DNA of 63,825 bases, the filler included, from Rhabdomonas costata (lineage: Eukaryota), in the NCBI GenBank assembly GCA_019059605.1. It is 27 parts of 27 records of this genome, joined end to end, with 100 filler letters (N's around TTAATTAATTAA, not from the genome) between each part and the next. Parts side by side here need not be neighbours in the genome. Positions count along the whole stretch, not along the records: positions 23,691 to 25,957 come from JAHMHO010004394.1; positions 26,058 to 28,326 come from JAHMHO010004395.1; positions 28,427 to 30,683 come from JAHMHO010004396.1; positions 30,784 to 33,051 come from JAHMHO010004397.1; positions 33,152 to 35,420 come from JAHMHO010004398.1; positions 35,521 to 37,788 come from JAHMHO010004399.1; positions 37,889 to 40,150 come from JAHMHO010004400.1; 20 more parts are not named here. The stretch is one strand, 5' to 3'. The translations under genes and the position numbers were made by a program. Of this stretch, positions 25,191 through 37,949 are shown one piece after another (position 1 is the stretch's first letter; each line of letters opens with the position of its first letter). The notes under the pieces are model-generated. The model was not told the DNA's origin and did no database searches. It saw only the letters and a program-made list of their open reading frames with translations.

Positions 25191-26439
25191 GTGAAGGTTT
25201 TGGCGTTTTGCTGCTTCGTGGTAAAAAAAAATATCGCTATTTGAGCGGGTGCACACGTTATTCGGGTGTGTCCTAAATATTTACGCGTGTCAGGTCATTT
25301 TTTGCACAAGTATAATTTCCGTTTTCCCTTCACCTCGTCATTCACGATTGGATTCTGGTATGTTTCCCCTTTCAGCGGCGATTTTTCCGCTGACGCCTTC
25401 TTTGTCATCCGTTTTCTTATCAAACATTGTACCTCCTTGAGCCCGATTACCCCCCACCCTCCGTCCAATAAGAGGCTCTCTTCTTCGTCGCAAACCAGTT
25501 CGAAGTGCAGTGTAGTTGTAGTGTGCCTGTACAGCAACAAGGATCAAGAGATGAGGCACTTGGCAGACTAAACTCACGTGCAAATGGCAAATAGCAGCGT
25601 AGCTCTATTAGTCCGAGATTTACCGTTACATTTGTAGTGCGAGAGGGAACGTGCACAGCATAATATTCGGAAACCTTTCAAACCGTAATAACTCATTTCA
25701 TACATAGTTCGTAGACTACTACATCTACCTCTTCTTGTTGGGTGAATCCACTGAAGCGGCAAGAATGCAAGTATCGGCTCCGCTTTGACGTTGCTCAACG
25801 TTTTCACGGCCAGCATGGCCCCCGACTCCCAAAGCATTAGCGCATGCCCCTGGCCTTGTGTCCTACATCGTAACTTTACCAAATCCAGGGCCCTGTAATT
25901 GGGCTACGAGTGCTGAAGTGCAGAGTCAGCTGTCCAAATCCCATTCCCCACCACCACNNNNNNNNNNNNNNNNNNNNNNNNNNNNNNNNNNNNNNNNNNN
26001 NTTAATTAATTAANNNNNNNNNNNNNNNNNNNNNNNNNNNNNNNNNNNNNNNNNNNNGTTGTGGAATATGGTGAACCACCCAGGAAGTGCGCTGCACGAG
26101 GAAGGAGGGAAGGAGGGGGACAGAGGACGGGTTACCGTTAACTTCTGTTTTGCACATTGCTAGCCAAAATAGGGAAATGCTTCAGACCTCCCTGCCTTTT
26201 GGGAGAAAATTTCCACTGGATTTTCCAGATGTTCTAAATGGCGCCTGTTGGCGCTTTCACAGCCACGTGCTAGAAGGTAGAGATGTCAGCCACTAATTGC
26301 ACACAATGGGGCTGAAGCCATGGCGTGCACTGAGGATCATTGCTGCAACAGATAGCTCCACCTTTGAGCACCAAAACATGTCTAGCTTACAAGCAAAAGC
26401 TCGAAATTCTTAGCGCAGGAGTTCACGGGGGATACCACA

Positions 26440-27840
26440 AATGCATAGAAGGGGTCCTGGCTCGCAGTGGTCTCAGGGCAGAAGCGGTACCCCTGGGACC
26501 ACCAAAACGAGGTTGCCGACGCGGTCGCCCTGGAAAAAAATGAAGGGGACTCAAATCCAACCATTCTCGCTGCCCACTGGAGCCCACAGCTTCCATCGAC
26601 ACGGCATCTCTCCTTTCTAATGATGGTTGCTGCCCGCGTCCAATACCATACACACCCTCCTGACATTCTGGGAAGCATCAAAGGGATTGAGAACCAAACA
26701 CATGCTTTTGCCCAGAAGGTGAAAATGCCAAAGGTGTAAAAAGAGCAACCGGGAGGGGTGACCTTAGTACTATTTTGGTGCACTCCGCGAGGAAGCTCTT
26801 TTGTAGCAGAAGAGAGCTCAGCACCCCACCATATCCGCATCCACTGTGAGCTGCAAACGTTTGGCGAAAAAAAAAGAGGAGGCCAGTAGCGAGACTGACC
26901 TATCACAGCTAAAACGCCCCATAAAAGAAAAACCGCGGCAACAGCACCATCCTCGAAATCCAACAGGACGCCAAGATGCACCCACTCGCAAAGTGCAATC
27001 AATTTAGCAAGTTCGTTAAATGGCACAGAGCCGACCTCCAAAGTGAAGCAGGGGAAACACCATACGTCACACACACACACGTCAAACGAACCCTTTCGGC
27101 ACCGGTGCTGCGCAAAGTGCCTGCACACGAGCGGGCAGTGTAATGAAAATCAGGAAAAACAGAAGTTGGACTGCAATTATGGGAGTGGGAGTGGATGTAT
27201 GCACCCATGAAGAGCAAAAAAAAAGCGTTGGAAAAGGACAAATAAAAAAGTTCGTCAAAAAAGTCCGAAGTGACTCACCCTTGTGGGTGGCGAAGAGGCA
27301 GATTTCCAGGAATCGAAGCCCACTGGTGGACTTGTGGACGCGAACAGTGGCAGCGCTGTTGGCGAAGAGAGGAGAACAGGGAGGGTTTTGGCAAAGTACA
27401 AATTCTAGCCAGTCATTTTTCAGCAGCCCTCAAACGTCCGTTATAAGACGCCCTTTTCGAGGCGGTGTGAATCGCTTTTAAGATGAACTGTGGTTTGTTT
27501 TGCTGATGCACGTGGGTTGCGTGTGTGAAAACTCGAAAACGCTCACAGACTCAGTTGAAAAAACCGTGTTATACAAAGTGAAGCGAAGCGAAAATTACGG
27601 AGTTTCAGCGCTTAGGAGTTACAGGCGTTGTCATAGTTGCACGGAGGTAGGGTCGTGAAAACTTCCCACTCAAAGTGCACACTCAAAGTTCCCCCCACAC
27701 CTGACGGTCGTCTGACCGCGCTTCAGCACCACAGTGCGAGCAAAGGCAAAGTTCAGATGGGGAGGGTACTCCCGGTAGTTCTGCCGGAGCATGTGCTGCA
27801 CCACCTCCGCGTTGGTCTCGAAATGCTGCTGATAGAGTTC
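26440..27840 (-). CDS. Probable exons of an unknown protein
   Basis: Exon-like blocks bounded by AG and GT: ELYQQHFETNAEVVQHMLRQNYREYPPHLNFAFART, AATVRVHKSTSGLRFLEICLFATHK, ATASATSFWWSQGYRFCPETTASQDPFYAF. Junctions were not fully resolved. Confidence 0.35.
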
Positions 27841-28964
27841 TATTGAGATGAAACAATTGGAAGAAGAACGGAAATCAAACACAGGGGAGGTACTGGTTGA
27901 CAGCTCCTAAGGAACGAAAGAGCACAAGTCAGCGGGAACTACACCGCTGCGAAGCCCTTTTTCAAAAACCACTCGCTGCCCCGCCCACCAATCGACTGCC
28001 ACCTCAGGAATAATCAGGGACCACCCTCAGCTTGTGTGATTGACGTCCTCATCGCAGGGCTGTAAGAAACACCCCTTCTTTCATTAAAAGAACCCGGTTT
28101 TTAATTGAAGAAAACCTGGTTTTTCATTTAAACCTTTTTTTGAGGATGCTCTCCCGGGATAGAGATCAACAACGTCGGGTCACGTCTCATAATCAAAGCT
28201 CGCTGAACCGTTTCAGGAGGCGTATAACGAAGCCCGCACCTCCTTGCTGACCCCTGCGACCCCACTGCAGCCCTGCAATAATCCGACCACTCCCGTTAAA
28301 TATCTTGGCATTCTCAAACAAAACCCNNNNNNNNNNNNNNNNNNNNNNNNNNNNNNNNNNNNNNNNNNNNTTAATTAATTAANNNNNNNNNNNNNNNNNN
28401 NNNNNNNNNNNNNNNNNNNNNNNNNNTTTTTTTGGGGACAGCGCGCGAAAATTTAGACGTATTTCTCCATATTTGCGTACTCTAGAAGGGCATTTGCCCA
28501 CGTTACAAGAATAATTAAATCGAACAACAGCGCTCACAAAGAAAATCGTGGAAAACGGAGTGCAATTGACTACGGATGCTCCAGAACAAGTTCGTGCAGA
28601 GAGTTCCATATATTAAATTTTAAACAGCTTCCACCTGTAAAATGAAACTCCCGTGATGTCTTTCCCACTTTTCCGGGGTAGTGTGTTTCGGTTAAACCCC
28701 GGGCCGCATCGGCTCCTCGCCCTGTTAGATCTTCAGTATCTTCTGTAAGAAAAACTTACCGTTCCAAAAAAAATATTGTGATCCCACGTCTTTTTTTCTC
28801 ACGTGTGCTCTAAGTGCCCTCATTCACATTTCGAGCTCAGAACGTTCATTCTCATTTTTGCTGATGGTGGAACAATGGAATACATGCTTCCGTTGAGTCA
28901 GTGAAACCTGCTCAAGGCTATGATTATTTGGGCGGCAGTTTTTTTGTACTGGAACCAGGGTTAC

Positions 28965-29575
28965 ACTGAACTTTGAATTGAACTGAATTGCATTGAACTT
29001 TGAACTGCCTTGCCTTGAACTTCGAACTCTGAACTTCAATGCTGGAATTTGGCCCAGTTTTCGAGGATCTCCTTGGATTTTTGACGTTGTTGAACTTTGA
29101 ACTGGTCACATTGAACTTTGGACTGTCAGGGTTGAACTTTGAACTCTTTTTATAGAATTGAGCGTTGAGCTGCTTTTTTTGTAAAAGGGGGCTTCTTTTG
29201 TTCTTTTTTCAAGCTCGCTTGGGTCGGCACCCCCGGCCCTTATTCACTGCGAGCTTGGACGAGCACAAACAAGCAAGGGGGAACCCGCCCATGGCGGTCT
29301 CTATCTCTGCTTGCAAACACGGCAAGAAGCAGGAAACTTTGAACTGTCTATTGAACTTTGAGGTTTTGGGGGGGGTTTGAAATCTTTTGACTGGAATTGA
29401 ATTCAACTTTGAGGATGTTTGACCTTGCGCCCGAAGGGAATTACATTGAACTTTGAGCTGGGTAACATTGATTTGAACTTTTTTGGTCCAAATAGAACTT
29501 TGATGTTTGTGCAACCTGGGAACTGTTGATATTGAGTTGAATTTAACATTGAGCACCCCCACACTGAACTTTGAG
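28965..29575 (+). repeat. Cluster of degenerate TTGAACTTTGA motifs (dispersed repeat family; further copies at 33305-33327 and 34860-34985)
   Basis: About 10 same-strand GAACTTTG(A) copies. GTTGAACTTTGAACTGGTCACA is shared by ~29089 and ~34941, which lie on different contigs. Confidence 0.85.
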
Positions 29576-30993
29576 GTCGGTGAATCACTGCTGGAACAGA
29601 GAGGAGTGGAAAGATGCCATTGGGTCGAGGAGACGCAGATGTTTGCGAAATTAATCCTGATCCGAAGAATCTACGTGTACAGAATACTTTTTCCCCTTTA
29701 GCAGTGCTTTGTAAGGGTACGAGCAACTGCTTCACCCTCCAGAAAAAATCAGGGCACTGTGGGGGACGCGCACTCACGTGTAACAAGACCAGCAACTGAC
29801 ATTGTTAAGAAGGAAACGGGTTACGCGAGTGCAAACAAACAAATAAACAATGAGAGGAACATCCGTCCAGTTAGGTCCCGAATTCCTTCTTAAAACAGTT
29901 TCTTGCATTTTCCTCTGTTGCTTTTGTCAGCTAGTGGCATTATTTGCTCCAGCGTCAAGAAAATGCCAGGTGCCACAGTTCATCTCCGCCATGCACCATC
30001 TCGACAGCTTGGGAATAATATACTCCGGGTGTCATTACAGTCCAGATCGAGATCAAAGAACAGTTCAATTCAAGTCAAAAAATGAAAGCAGGATTGAGCA
30101 GAAATTATCGAAAGTGTTTGATTAGAACATAGAAGAAATCGAAGACAAACCCTCGCGTTCTCCCACCTTGCCGGAAACCCTGGTGGCAGTTCCACCCTCC
30201 CCCGCTTCCTCCAGTTCCAGCTCTTCTGACAGTACCTCATGAGACTCTGGGCCTGATAAAGCTTCTTGGCAACCATGGACGCTTCCTGAGCCCGGATTAA
30301 ATAATGGATCAGGTTTTAATTAAATTTTAAGTAAAAATGGATCAGGGAGACCAGACCTTCATGACGTGGTAAAATGGCACAGTCTTGCTAATCCAAGCTT
30401 TTTGGATCTGCTAGCGCTGATTGGGGAACCCAACAGTTTCAGGCGCTGACGTGGCTGACACGTTCCGTGTCCACGAAACAAAACGTTAGGGTATTCAATT
30501 CAAGGACTAATACGTGGACGTCGCGGCTGCAAATTAAATGCGAAACATGACCTTGTCAAGAAAAAAAGGCGAAACCTCATCTGATTCATCTGCGAGCTGA
30601 GTGCTTCATGTCTAAAACAAAAAATGCAAATAATCCCCTTCAATCCAAGCTGTAAAACTGCATCAAAATGAAAAAGCCGAGGTNNNNNNNNNNNNNNNNN
30701 NNNNNNNNNNNNNNNNNNNNNNNNNNNTTAATTAATTAANNNNNNNNNNNNNNNNNNNNNNNNNNNNNNNNNNNNNNNNNNNNGTGGGTATCTTTCTCGT
30801 AACAACCGAGGTCGTTTCTCTGCTCGAGCAGCGTTAGAGGTCATCTTCGAGAAGTTGTTGGTTTACTTTCGTTGTCTGAAAAGTAAGGGGCAGAACTTTT
30901 TTGCAAAGTGATTGTGTGAAAAATATGGGTGCAAGCGCTATGGAAGGCAGTAGGCATCTCTGCACCGGTGACACTGCTATTGCGTCTGCGTAG

Positions 30994-32802
30994 GTCTATG
31001 TGCCGCTGAAGGATATGGTCCCGATGGTGAACCCCAATGACCTTGTGGTTGGCGGGTGGGACATCTCCAAGCTGAACCTCGCTGCCTGCCTGGAGCGGAG
31101 CCAGGTTTGCTCAAGGTTGCTTTTTTTCTTTCGAGTTTTTGTTCCTCTGCGGATGGTGTGGAAATTGTGCTTCATCGCACAGGTTCTCGAGTACGACCTG
31201 AAGAGGCAGCTGGTTCCTTACATGCAATCGATGACGCCCTTGCCGGGGATCTACTACCCGGAGTTCATTGCGGCCAATCAAACCACGGTGCGCGTGCGGT
31301 GACTGGGCTGATGAATGTCAGAACAGCGTTCATGTTTTGATTTGCACCCCAATTTTGTGTGGGGTTATTTTTTGCTTTTGTCCCCGTCAATCGTGACAGA
31401 GGGCTGACAATGTGCTTCCGGGCACCAGCAAGGCTGCCCACCTCCAGCAGATCCGGGAGGACATCAAGGCCTTCAAGGCCAGCAATGGGCTGGACAAGGT
31501 CATCGTGTTATGGACGGCCAACACCGAGCGCTTCGCGGTGTGATTCGCCGCGTCTGATTTTGTTTTGCCTTTTCCATAGTTTTGCGGGGTATTTCTCAGT
31601 ATTACATCACCCCCATTGAGGCCGCAAAACAGCAATAGCAGTAGTACTGCATTTCTGTGACGAGTAGTGACAGCTGTGTTGCGGTTGAGATTTTTATATT
31701 CTCATGACGGGCTTGAGCGGGCGGGAATGATCGGTGGTTAGATGCGCAAGAGTCCTTACCTCTGCTTCCCTGCTTACAAAAGAGCGGCAAAGCGCGCGCT
31801 TGGTGAATGAACCTACTGTCAAAGAGCGTTCAAAGTGCGAGTACCTCAGAAGGGAACGAGCCGTGAGCGCAGAAAGCGATGAAACAGAAAAATGGCGAAA
31901 AGGAGCTTCTCTGAAAGTTCATCGCACGACCCCGACCCGTTCAGGGCAGAGCAGAGCAGGAGAGAAGCACTCACTTCTATTTCAATGAAAATGCCGATTG
32001 CGCTTCCATCCGCTAAAAGTGATCGAAGGTATGCCTGAAAATAATTGCACAGGAAGTCCACGAGGGTCTGAACGATACCAAGGAGAGCCTGTTGAAGTCC
32101 ATCGAGAACAACGAGTCCGAGGTGTTTTATCTCTATCCCCTTTCCCATCCTGATGCCTTCAATAACCCCTGCCCTTTGTTTTCGATTTTTAAAAATGGGT
32201 GTACGCTCAAGGCTCCCACGGCCGTCCTCCTCGCCACAGGTCTCGCCGTCGTCGGTGTACGCCACGGCGGCGATCCTGGAGGGCTGCACGTACATCAACG
32301 GCAGCCCCCAGAACACCTTCGTGCCCGGGGTCATTGAGCTGGCAGAGCACCACGGCGTGTTCATTGCGGGTGATGACTTTAAGTCGGGGCAGGTTTGCGT
32401 TACCCCTCCCCAGCCCTCCCTCCACTCGGCATGATTGTCAAGGGTTGCCCACCAACAATATTTCGAGGAGGATCTTACGACCGCCGCTTGGTTCGGCAGT
32501 AGGTAAGCGTGAAAAACACAGAGCTGGTGGAATCCACCCATTGGGGTACATTAAGCGGCCACCTGACATTGCCGTCAAGGCAACTGATGCCCGATGCGGG
32601 AGCCCCACCTGAGATGCGTCCCTCCCTCGCACACATTTCTTGGGTGTTCTCGCTCTTGGAGGGGTGGGACGGGAAGATGGTCTTTAAAGGTCTGTCGGTT
32701 GCGTTGTGCAATACGCACAGACCAAGCTGAAGAGCTTGCTGGTGGAGTTCCTCGTGGGTGCGGGGATCAAGCCGCTGGCTATTGCTAGCTACAACCATCT
32801 CG
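30994..32802 (+). CDS. INO1: Myo-inositol-1-phosphate synthase, six internal exons (30994-31104, 31183-31287, 31400-31537, 32053-32121, 32240-32392, 32721-32802)
   Basis: Motifs [51 protein letters not shown] and SYNHLG. All junctions are GT-AG and in phase. Confidence 0.98.
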
Positions 32803-33249
32803 GTGTGACAGGATGAAATGGAGAAGAGAATAGGCGATTTTCCCAAACCCACACAGGTGCATTGGTAACCTGATACCGCTGTCTACCTGGCGGTCGTTGT
32901 TAAACTGGGGCGATACCAAGTCACCCCTCCCCACCGACCATTGGCCGTAAGGCTCTCCACAATGGCATCAACAGTTGAGATCTTTGAAACAGCGTTGATT
33001 GCGATTTACACAGTCCGTATTTACGCACGTGGAGAGAGAGAGAGAGAGAACNNNNNNNNNNNNNNNNNNNNNNNNNNNNNNNNNNNNNNNNNNNNTTAAT
33101 TAATTAANNNNNNNNNNNNNNNNNNNNNNNNNNNNNNNNNNNNNNNNNNNNTGTGTTAGGTGAGTTTGGGGTTTGGTTGGAAAATCTAAATCACGCTTCC
33201 GCTGTACAATGCTTGCAATGCTTACAATTATGTACAATGCTTACAATTA

Positions 33250-33312
33250 TTGCATTGCATTGCATTGCATTGCATTGCATTGCATTGCATTGCATTGCAT
33301 TGCATTGCATTG
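33250..33312. repeat. (TTGCA)n pentanucleotide microsatellite
   Basis: About 12 perfect units running directly into TGAACTTTGAG. Confidence 0.95.
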
Positions 33313-33485
33313 AACTTTGAGCACCCATAAGACCCATAAGAAACCCATAAGATCAGCTGCTCTTCTCACAGTTCATCCTTTCACCCTAACTTACATTACT
33401 CTCACATAGTCACACAAAACGGAAGGGTGAGGTCTGGGATAATGTAAGGAAGGCTCGTTGTTTGTGGAACTTTTTTCTTTCGCAG

Positions 33486-35420
33486 GAGCAAAGATTGGCA
33501 AGTTCAGCATCATTGCTGCGGGGTCTGTGGTCGAGGAAGACCAACTTATTCCTCCCTTTGAGGTGAGCATGTGCGTTTGACGGTTACGGGGTTTCGAAAC
33601 GGTGTGTTGCGACCCGGGGCACCGGAAGGCATTTCCAGGAGCACCGAGGGAGAGCAGGTTTGGTACGCCACCACTCCGGAAGCTGTGCAGTGTGAAATGG
33701 GAGCAAAGAGGCAAACTTCGACACGGTGGGTTCAGTGTCCGATGTCAGGAACGTGTCTTGGGTAAGCATCAAGGAAAGAAGGGGAAACAGAAAGGAAGCA
33801 ATGCGAGCCACCACGGGAAACGGTAAAAGCCATTTGCTGTGGATATGGAGCGCAGCAATGAAAAAAGGAAGGGCCTGGGAACTGCAACTGTATTGTGAGT
33901 AGCAGGTACTGTCAAGCTCAGAGAGCGAGGTTTCCTGGGAAGGGAAACTTGGTGATGGACAGTAAAAGGGAAAGAGGAAAGTGACAGGGCTTGGGACAAG
34001 CGAGCATAAAGAGGCACACCAGAAGATACTGCTTCGAGACGGTGGTTTCCTCGAGAAATCGCGCCGTAAAGTCCTGACTTCCAGTGAAAAGAACAGCGCA
34101 GAGTTTAGGGCCCCCTCGTGGTTGGGTGGGAAAGAAGGTGACTTCATTGAATAAGCGCTGGCAAATGATATTTTAGCAGCACGATGGTCATGTTACGGCG
34201 TTGAATAGGACTTGGGTAACGTCCTTCTTTTCTTGGCAAATGAGGCAAATGAGGGAACGAATCTCCGGTGCGCGAACAAAGTCGCTGCTGGTGTGGCGAG
34301 GTTGTGGTTTCGGCTGGTCTTACTGTTATCAGATCTGGGGCGGAGCTCCGGCCCGTTTCATTCGCGCCACCGGGTATCCTGTTCGCGCCATTCTTCCATT
34401 GAATGCTGCCTTGTCTTTTTCCTCATTCAAAAAATTGCCGTCGCTTTAGCAAATTAAATCTTCTCAGAGATGGTTAGTATGGTGATCATGGTCGCACAGA
34501 AATGTCTAAAAATATTAAAAATAATTGCAAAACAATACAAAAGAGTTTGTGTTGTCAGGCGGAGTCATTGTCAACGTCGCTCGTCAAGCCCCTTCCCTTT
34601 TCCATTCCCTTCCCTTTGGTAATTTTCGCTGGCCCCGGTTGCCCGCATAATAGTTTGGATTCCAGGAAACAAGAAGCGGCATAAAAGGGATACCAGAGAG
34701 CCGCCCAAGGGCACCACAACCGACCGAGGGTGAAAGGTCAGAGAATTCTGACCCCAAGGACCGGCCACGCAGCGTTTCGGGAGGCCTGTTGCGGCTTAGC
34801 CCTCCCACATCGAATCCAGGAAAGATTAGTAAAATAGGGGACCCGTGATTCATTGTACCTGAACTGAAATTTGAATTGCGTTGAACTACTATTCTGCGAT
34901 TCTGCGCGTAGACGGCGTAGCTTCTGCGATTCTGAATTGCGTTGAACTTTGAACTGGTCACACTGAACCTCGACCTTGAACTTTCTCCCAGTGATCAAGG
35001 ATATCCTTGAATTGGCAATGTTTTTTCTACGGTCGCAATACCGAACGCTGATTTTGGAACTGAAAGCACCCCAGATTGAGGTCGGCGCAATGCTGCTTTT
35101 CCGGGAAGCTGGGGACCCTTGCTGGAAGTCCGAGTTCAGGTTGCCCACCTGAGGGCGGGTGCCATCCAGTGGTGCTGAAAGCCTTTTCTCGTTTCACAGC
35201 AATTCTGACAACATGCAGAACTGCGCAGAGAGCGAGGAGCTTTGCCGGTTGAGAGCCACGTACGAGCTTGACGAGACCGTATATGGCAACGTATGGAAGG
35301 AAGCGGATGATGTTATTGAGGCAACGGGCGGCGCCGTCCGTGACAAAATCAAGGTCATCGCTCGCTCGCTGTCTCAACAATCCCTCCACCTGTACCCCAA
35401 CCCCCAAACACACCCACCAC
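33486..35420 (+). CDS. Gamma-carbonic-anhydrase-like (left-handed beta-helix) protein, C-terminal exons (33486-33562, 34333-34373, 35200 to contig edge); possibly a mitochondrial complex I subunit
   Basis: GAKIGKFSIIAAGSVVEEDQLIPPFE|IWGGAPARFIRAT|GNSDNMQNCAESEELCRL... Hexapeptide repeats plus the WxGxPAxFxR motif; phases match. Confidence 0.85.
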
Positions 35421-35538
35421 NNNNNNNNNNNNNNNNNNNNNNNNNNNNNNNNNNNNNNNNNNNNTTAATTAATTAANNNNNNNNNNNNNNNNNNNNNNNN
35501 NNNNNNNNNNNNNNNNNNNNCCAAAATAAAAAGGTTAC

Positions 35539-37164
35539 CTTTTTGAGAAAAAATGTTGCGGGGCCGTGGTGGCACGACACAGAGGTCCCCGGGGGAACCC
35601 ACAGCCTCCACTCCGTGTCGCTCTCCATCAGCTGCACCACAAACTCATGGCTGAGAACGAAAAAAAAACAGAGGAAGGGGTTTAGTGCAAGAAAACTGGA
35701 ACTTCAGGGGTCTTCGGGCTCCTGAACCCTCTACGGGCTCTTCCGCAGTCATGAGAGATGGGGTTCGACATGTCTTCAATTCAAATTTTGCGATGGTATT
35801 CATTCGGAAGCCCCAAAAGCAATGGTGACCGTGGCTGCCAAGATTTGGTGTGATTTGATTCGAGTTCACTTAAAATAGAACTATTATTTGAAGAAAAACA
35901 CACAGGAAGTGAAGATGATATGCGATAGGACAGTGGGGAACGCGGGATGCAGAACACAGGTAAGTTGACTACGTACGGTTACAACAGCGTATTGCAACGG
36001 GTTAGGGGGGGCTTCCACCCGGCGTGGGCGCTGCCGTCGCACTCGACGGCGGTGCCGTCCACGGAGAAATTCCTCACTCCCTGCCGAGTGACCAGCTCCA
36101 GCCCAGCGTCGAGGACGTCCACAGTGAGGTATGGAGACCCCCGCGACAAGAGAGCCTATTCCCCGCAAAGGAAGGGGAAAAAATCCATTGATAAGGGTGC
36201 CACTTCAACAAATATTCACTGTCCAAAGTCCGCCACAGCGCCAAAGAACGGTGGAGATTGGAAGAACTGAAAAAATGGAGGGGAGGGAGGAGCAGAGGAA
36301 GTATAGCAGTAGGTGTGCACGAAACAAGACCACATTGGTCATTCGCAAGACCTATGTGACTCATTTTTGCAAAACTCCCGTGAACCTTTGCTGCCCCCCA
36401 TTGGGTAAGTGGCGGAATTCAACATGAGCTAGGATGTGGCCAATGAAAGCAATCGTGGTAAATGTGGTAATTTCCGTCCTTTTGAATACTTGGGTATGAA
36501 GGTTGCCTAAAAATGTAACCCTTCAATTCGGTAAGGAAGTAAAGAACCTGACCAAGTGCGGACGTTTCCTGCGGTAGCTTGAAAAGCAATCTGCAGATAA
36601 ACCTGCTTTTTGGACATGGTGGACAGAGTCACTCCTTCCTTCTTCCCACCCTCCCCATTTTTCACCGTGAAGAAACCTTCATCACGTCGTCAGACTTGGA
36701 TCTCCAAACGATGCTCGCCGTTAGCTCGTCACCGTGCCTCAGGCAGTATGACGTAGGCCTTGGTTTCGTGAAAATCTGAGGTTCAGCAGCGGGTAGCCAA
36801 TTCAAAACCAGCGCTGATACCGGACACAACGCAACAAAAGATCGCTTAGGCCCGCAACGTCCACTTAAATGACAATAAATTCAGATTTATTTCTCGATAC
36901 AAAGAATGAAGAGCGATGAAGCAAAAGGATGATGAGAGTTCGGTGGGTGGTGCTCAAGTGTTACTATCGCAATCACGATCGATTCACGACAGAGAGCGGT
37001 CTGAAATTGACAGTCAAGCACCCCATCATCCCACCTGCCAGTCGTGGGCGCGGGGCTCGATCATGCTCCGCACGTCATCCGGGTTGGCCTGAACGTAGGG
37101 GTAGGACACGTTCATGGCATTGTCCATGAGACTCACCACGTATGGCAGCGGGGTAACGAAAGTC
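35539..37164 (-). CDS. GH81 endo-1,3-beta-glucanase, N-terminal-domain exons (37164-37035, 36775-36677, 36155-36019, 35650-35539)
   Basis: TFVTPLPYVVSLMDNAMNVSYP...|...GDELTASIVW...|ALLSRGSPYLTV...|HEFVVQLMESDTEWRLW. Shows the GH81-like PLPY...VSYP and LxRGSPYxT motifs; phases match. Confidence 0.8.
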
Positions 37165-37949
37165 CTGCGAGGAGATCCGGCAAGCACTGGGGGTGGGAGG
37201 GACACGTACGAGGAGCGGTACTAACCACCCAACCACAGGGTTCTGTCCCTTGAAGCCATAAACTGCACGGGTTATCCTGCACGAATTATACGAAAACCTC
37301 TCGTGAGCGATGTGGGAGGGGTCGCTTCTTGCCATTCAAGTGCCTGAGTCCCGTGGTGGCAAGGAATGGGGGGCGAGTCAGTCGGGTTCTCCATGGGTGG
37401 AACGACCGGGCAACAAACCGCGAGAACCATCCCACCATCCCACCGCTCCAAGTCTGTTTCTTCCCCTTGCTCTCATCATGATGCTCCGCACCTGTGCCCT
37501 CTTCCGTGTAGGGGGAACGGAAGTCCCTGGGTCCTTCGCTGGGAGAGCCCTTTTATGGGGCGCCCAACTCTGCGCTTGTCCCATCCCCATCGCGCACACA
37601 CACAGACACACACGAGCACACACCTTCCCTCCCTCCCTCCCTCCCTTGAACGCAGCCCCGTTACATTCAATCCGCCATTTCGTCCATATGCTCTCCCACG
37701 GGACTTTGCTGTGGTTAATGATTTCGTAGCACAGCGCCGTAAGTGAGCCCTCATTTTCCGCTACCTTAGCTAACCCGGTCTCTATTCCNNNNNNNNNNNN
37801 NNNNNNNNNNNNNNNNNNNNNNNNNNNNNNNNTTAATTAATTAANNNNNNNNNNNNNNNNNNNNNNNNNNNNNNNNNNNNNNNNNNNNGGGTGGGGGGGC
37901 ACTTAAGCGCCGGGGACAGCACCACCTCCTCACCCGCGAAAGGTGCAGC

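Noticed and set aside
28024..28060. Minus-strand CCCTGCGATGA...CTGAGGG as a box C/D snoRNA
   Set aside because: It is only ~36 nt long and the C box is imperfect.
28965..29575. TGAACTTTGA cluster as a CRISPR array
   Set aside because: The repeats are short and degenerate, the spacing is irregular, the context is eukaryotic and there are no cas genes.
31105..31182. 26-aa insertion in INO1 suggested by ORF 31000-31302
   Set aside because: It is a 78-nt stop-free GT-AG intron; removing it restores the conserved sequence.
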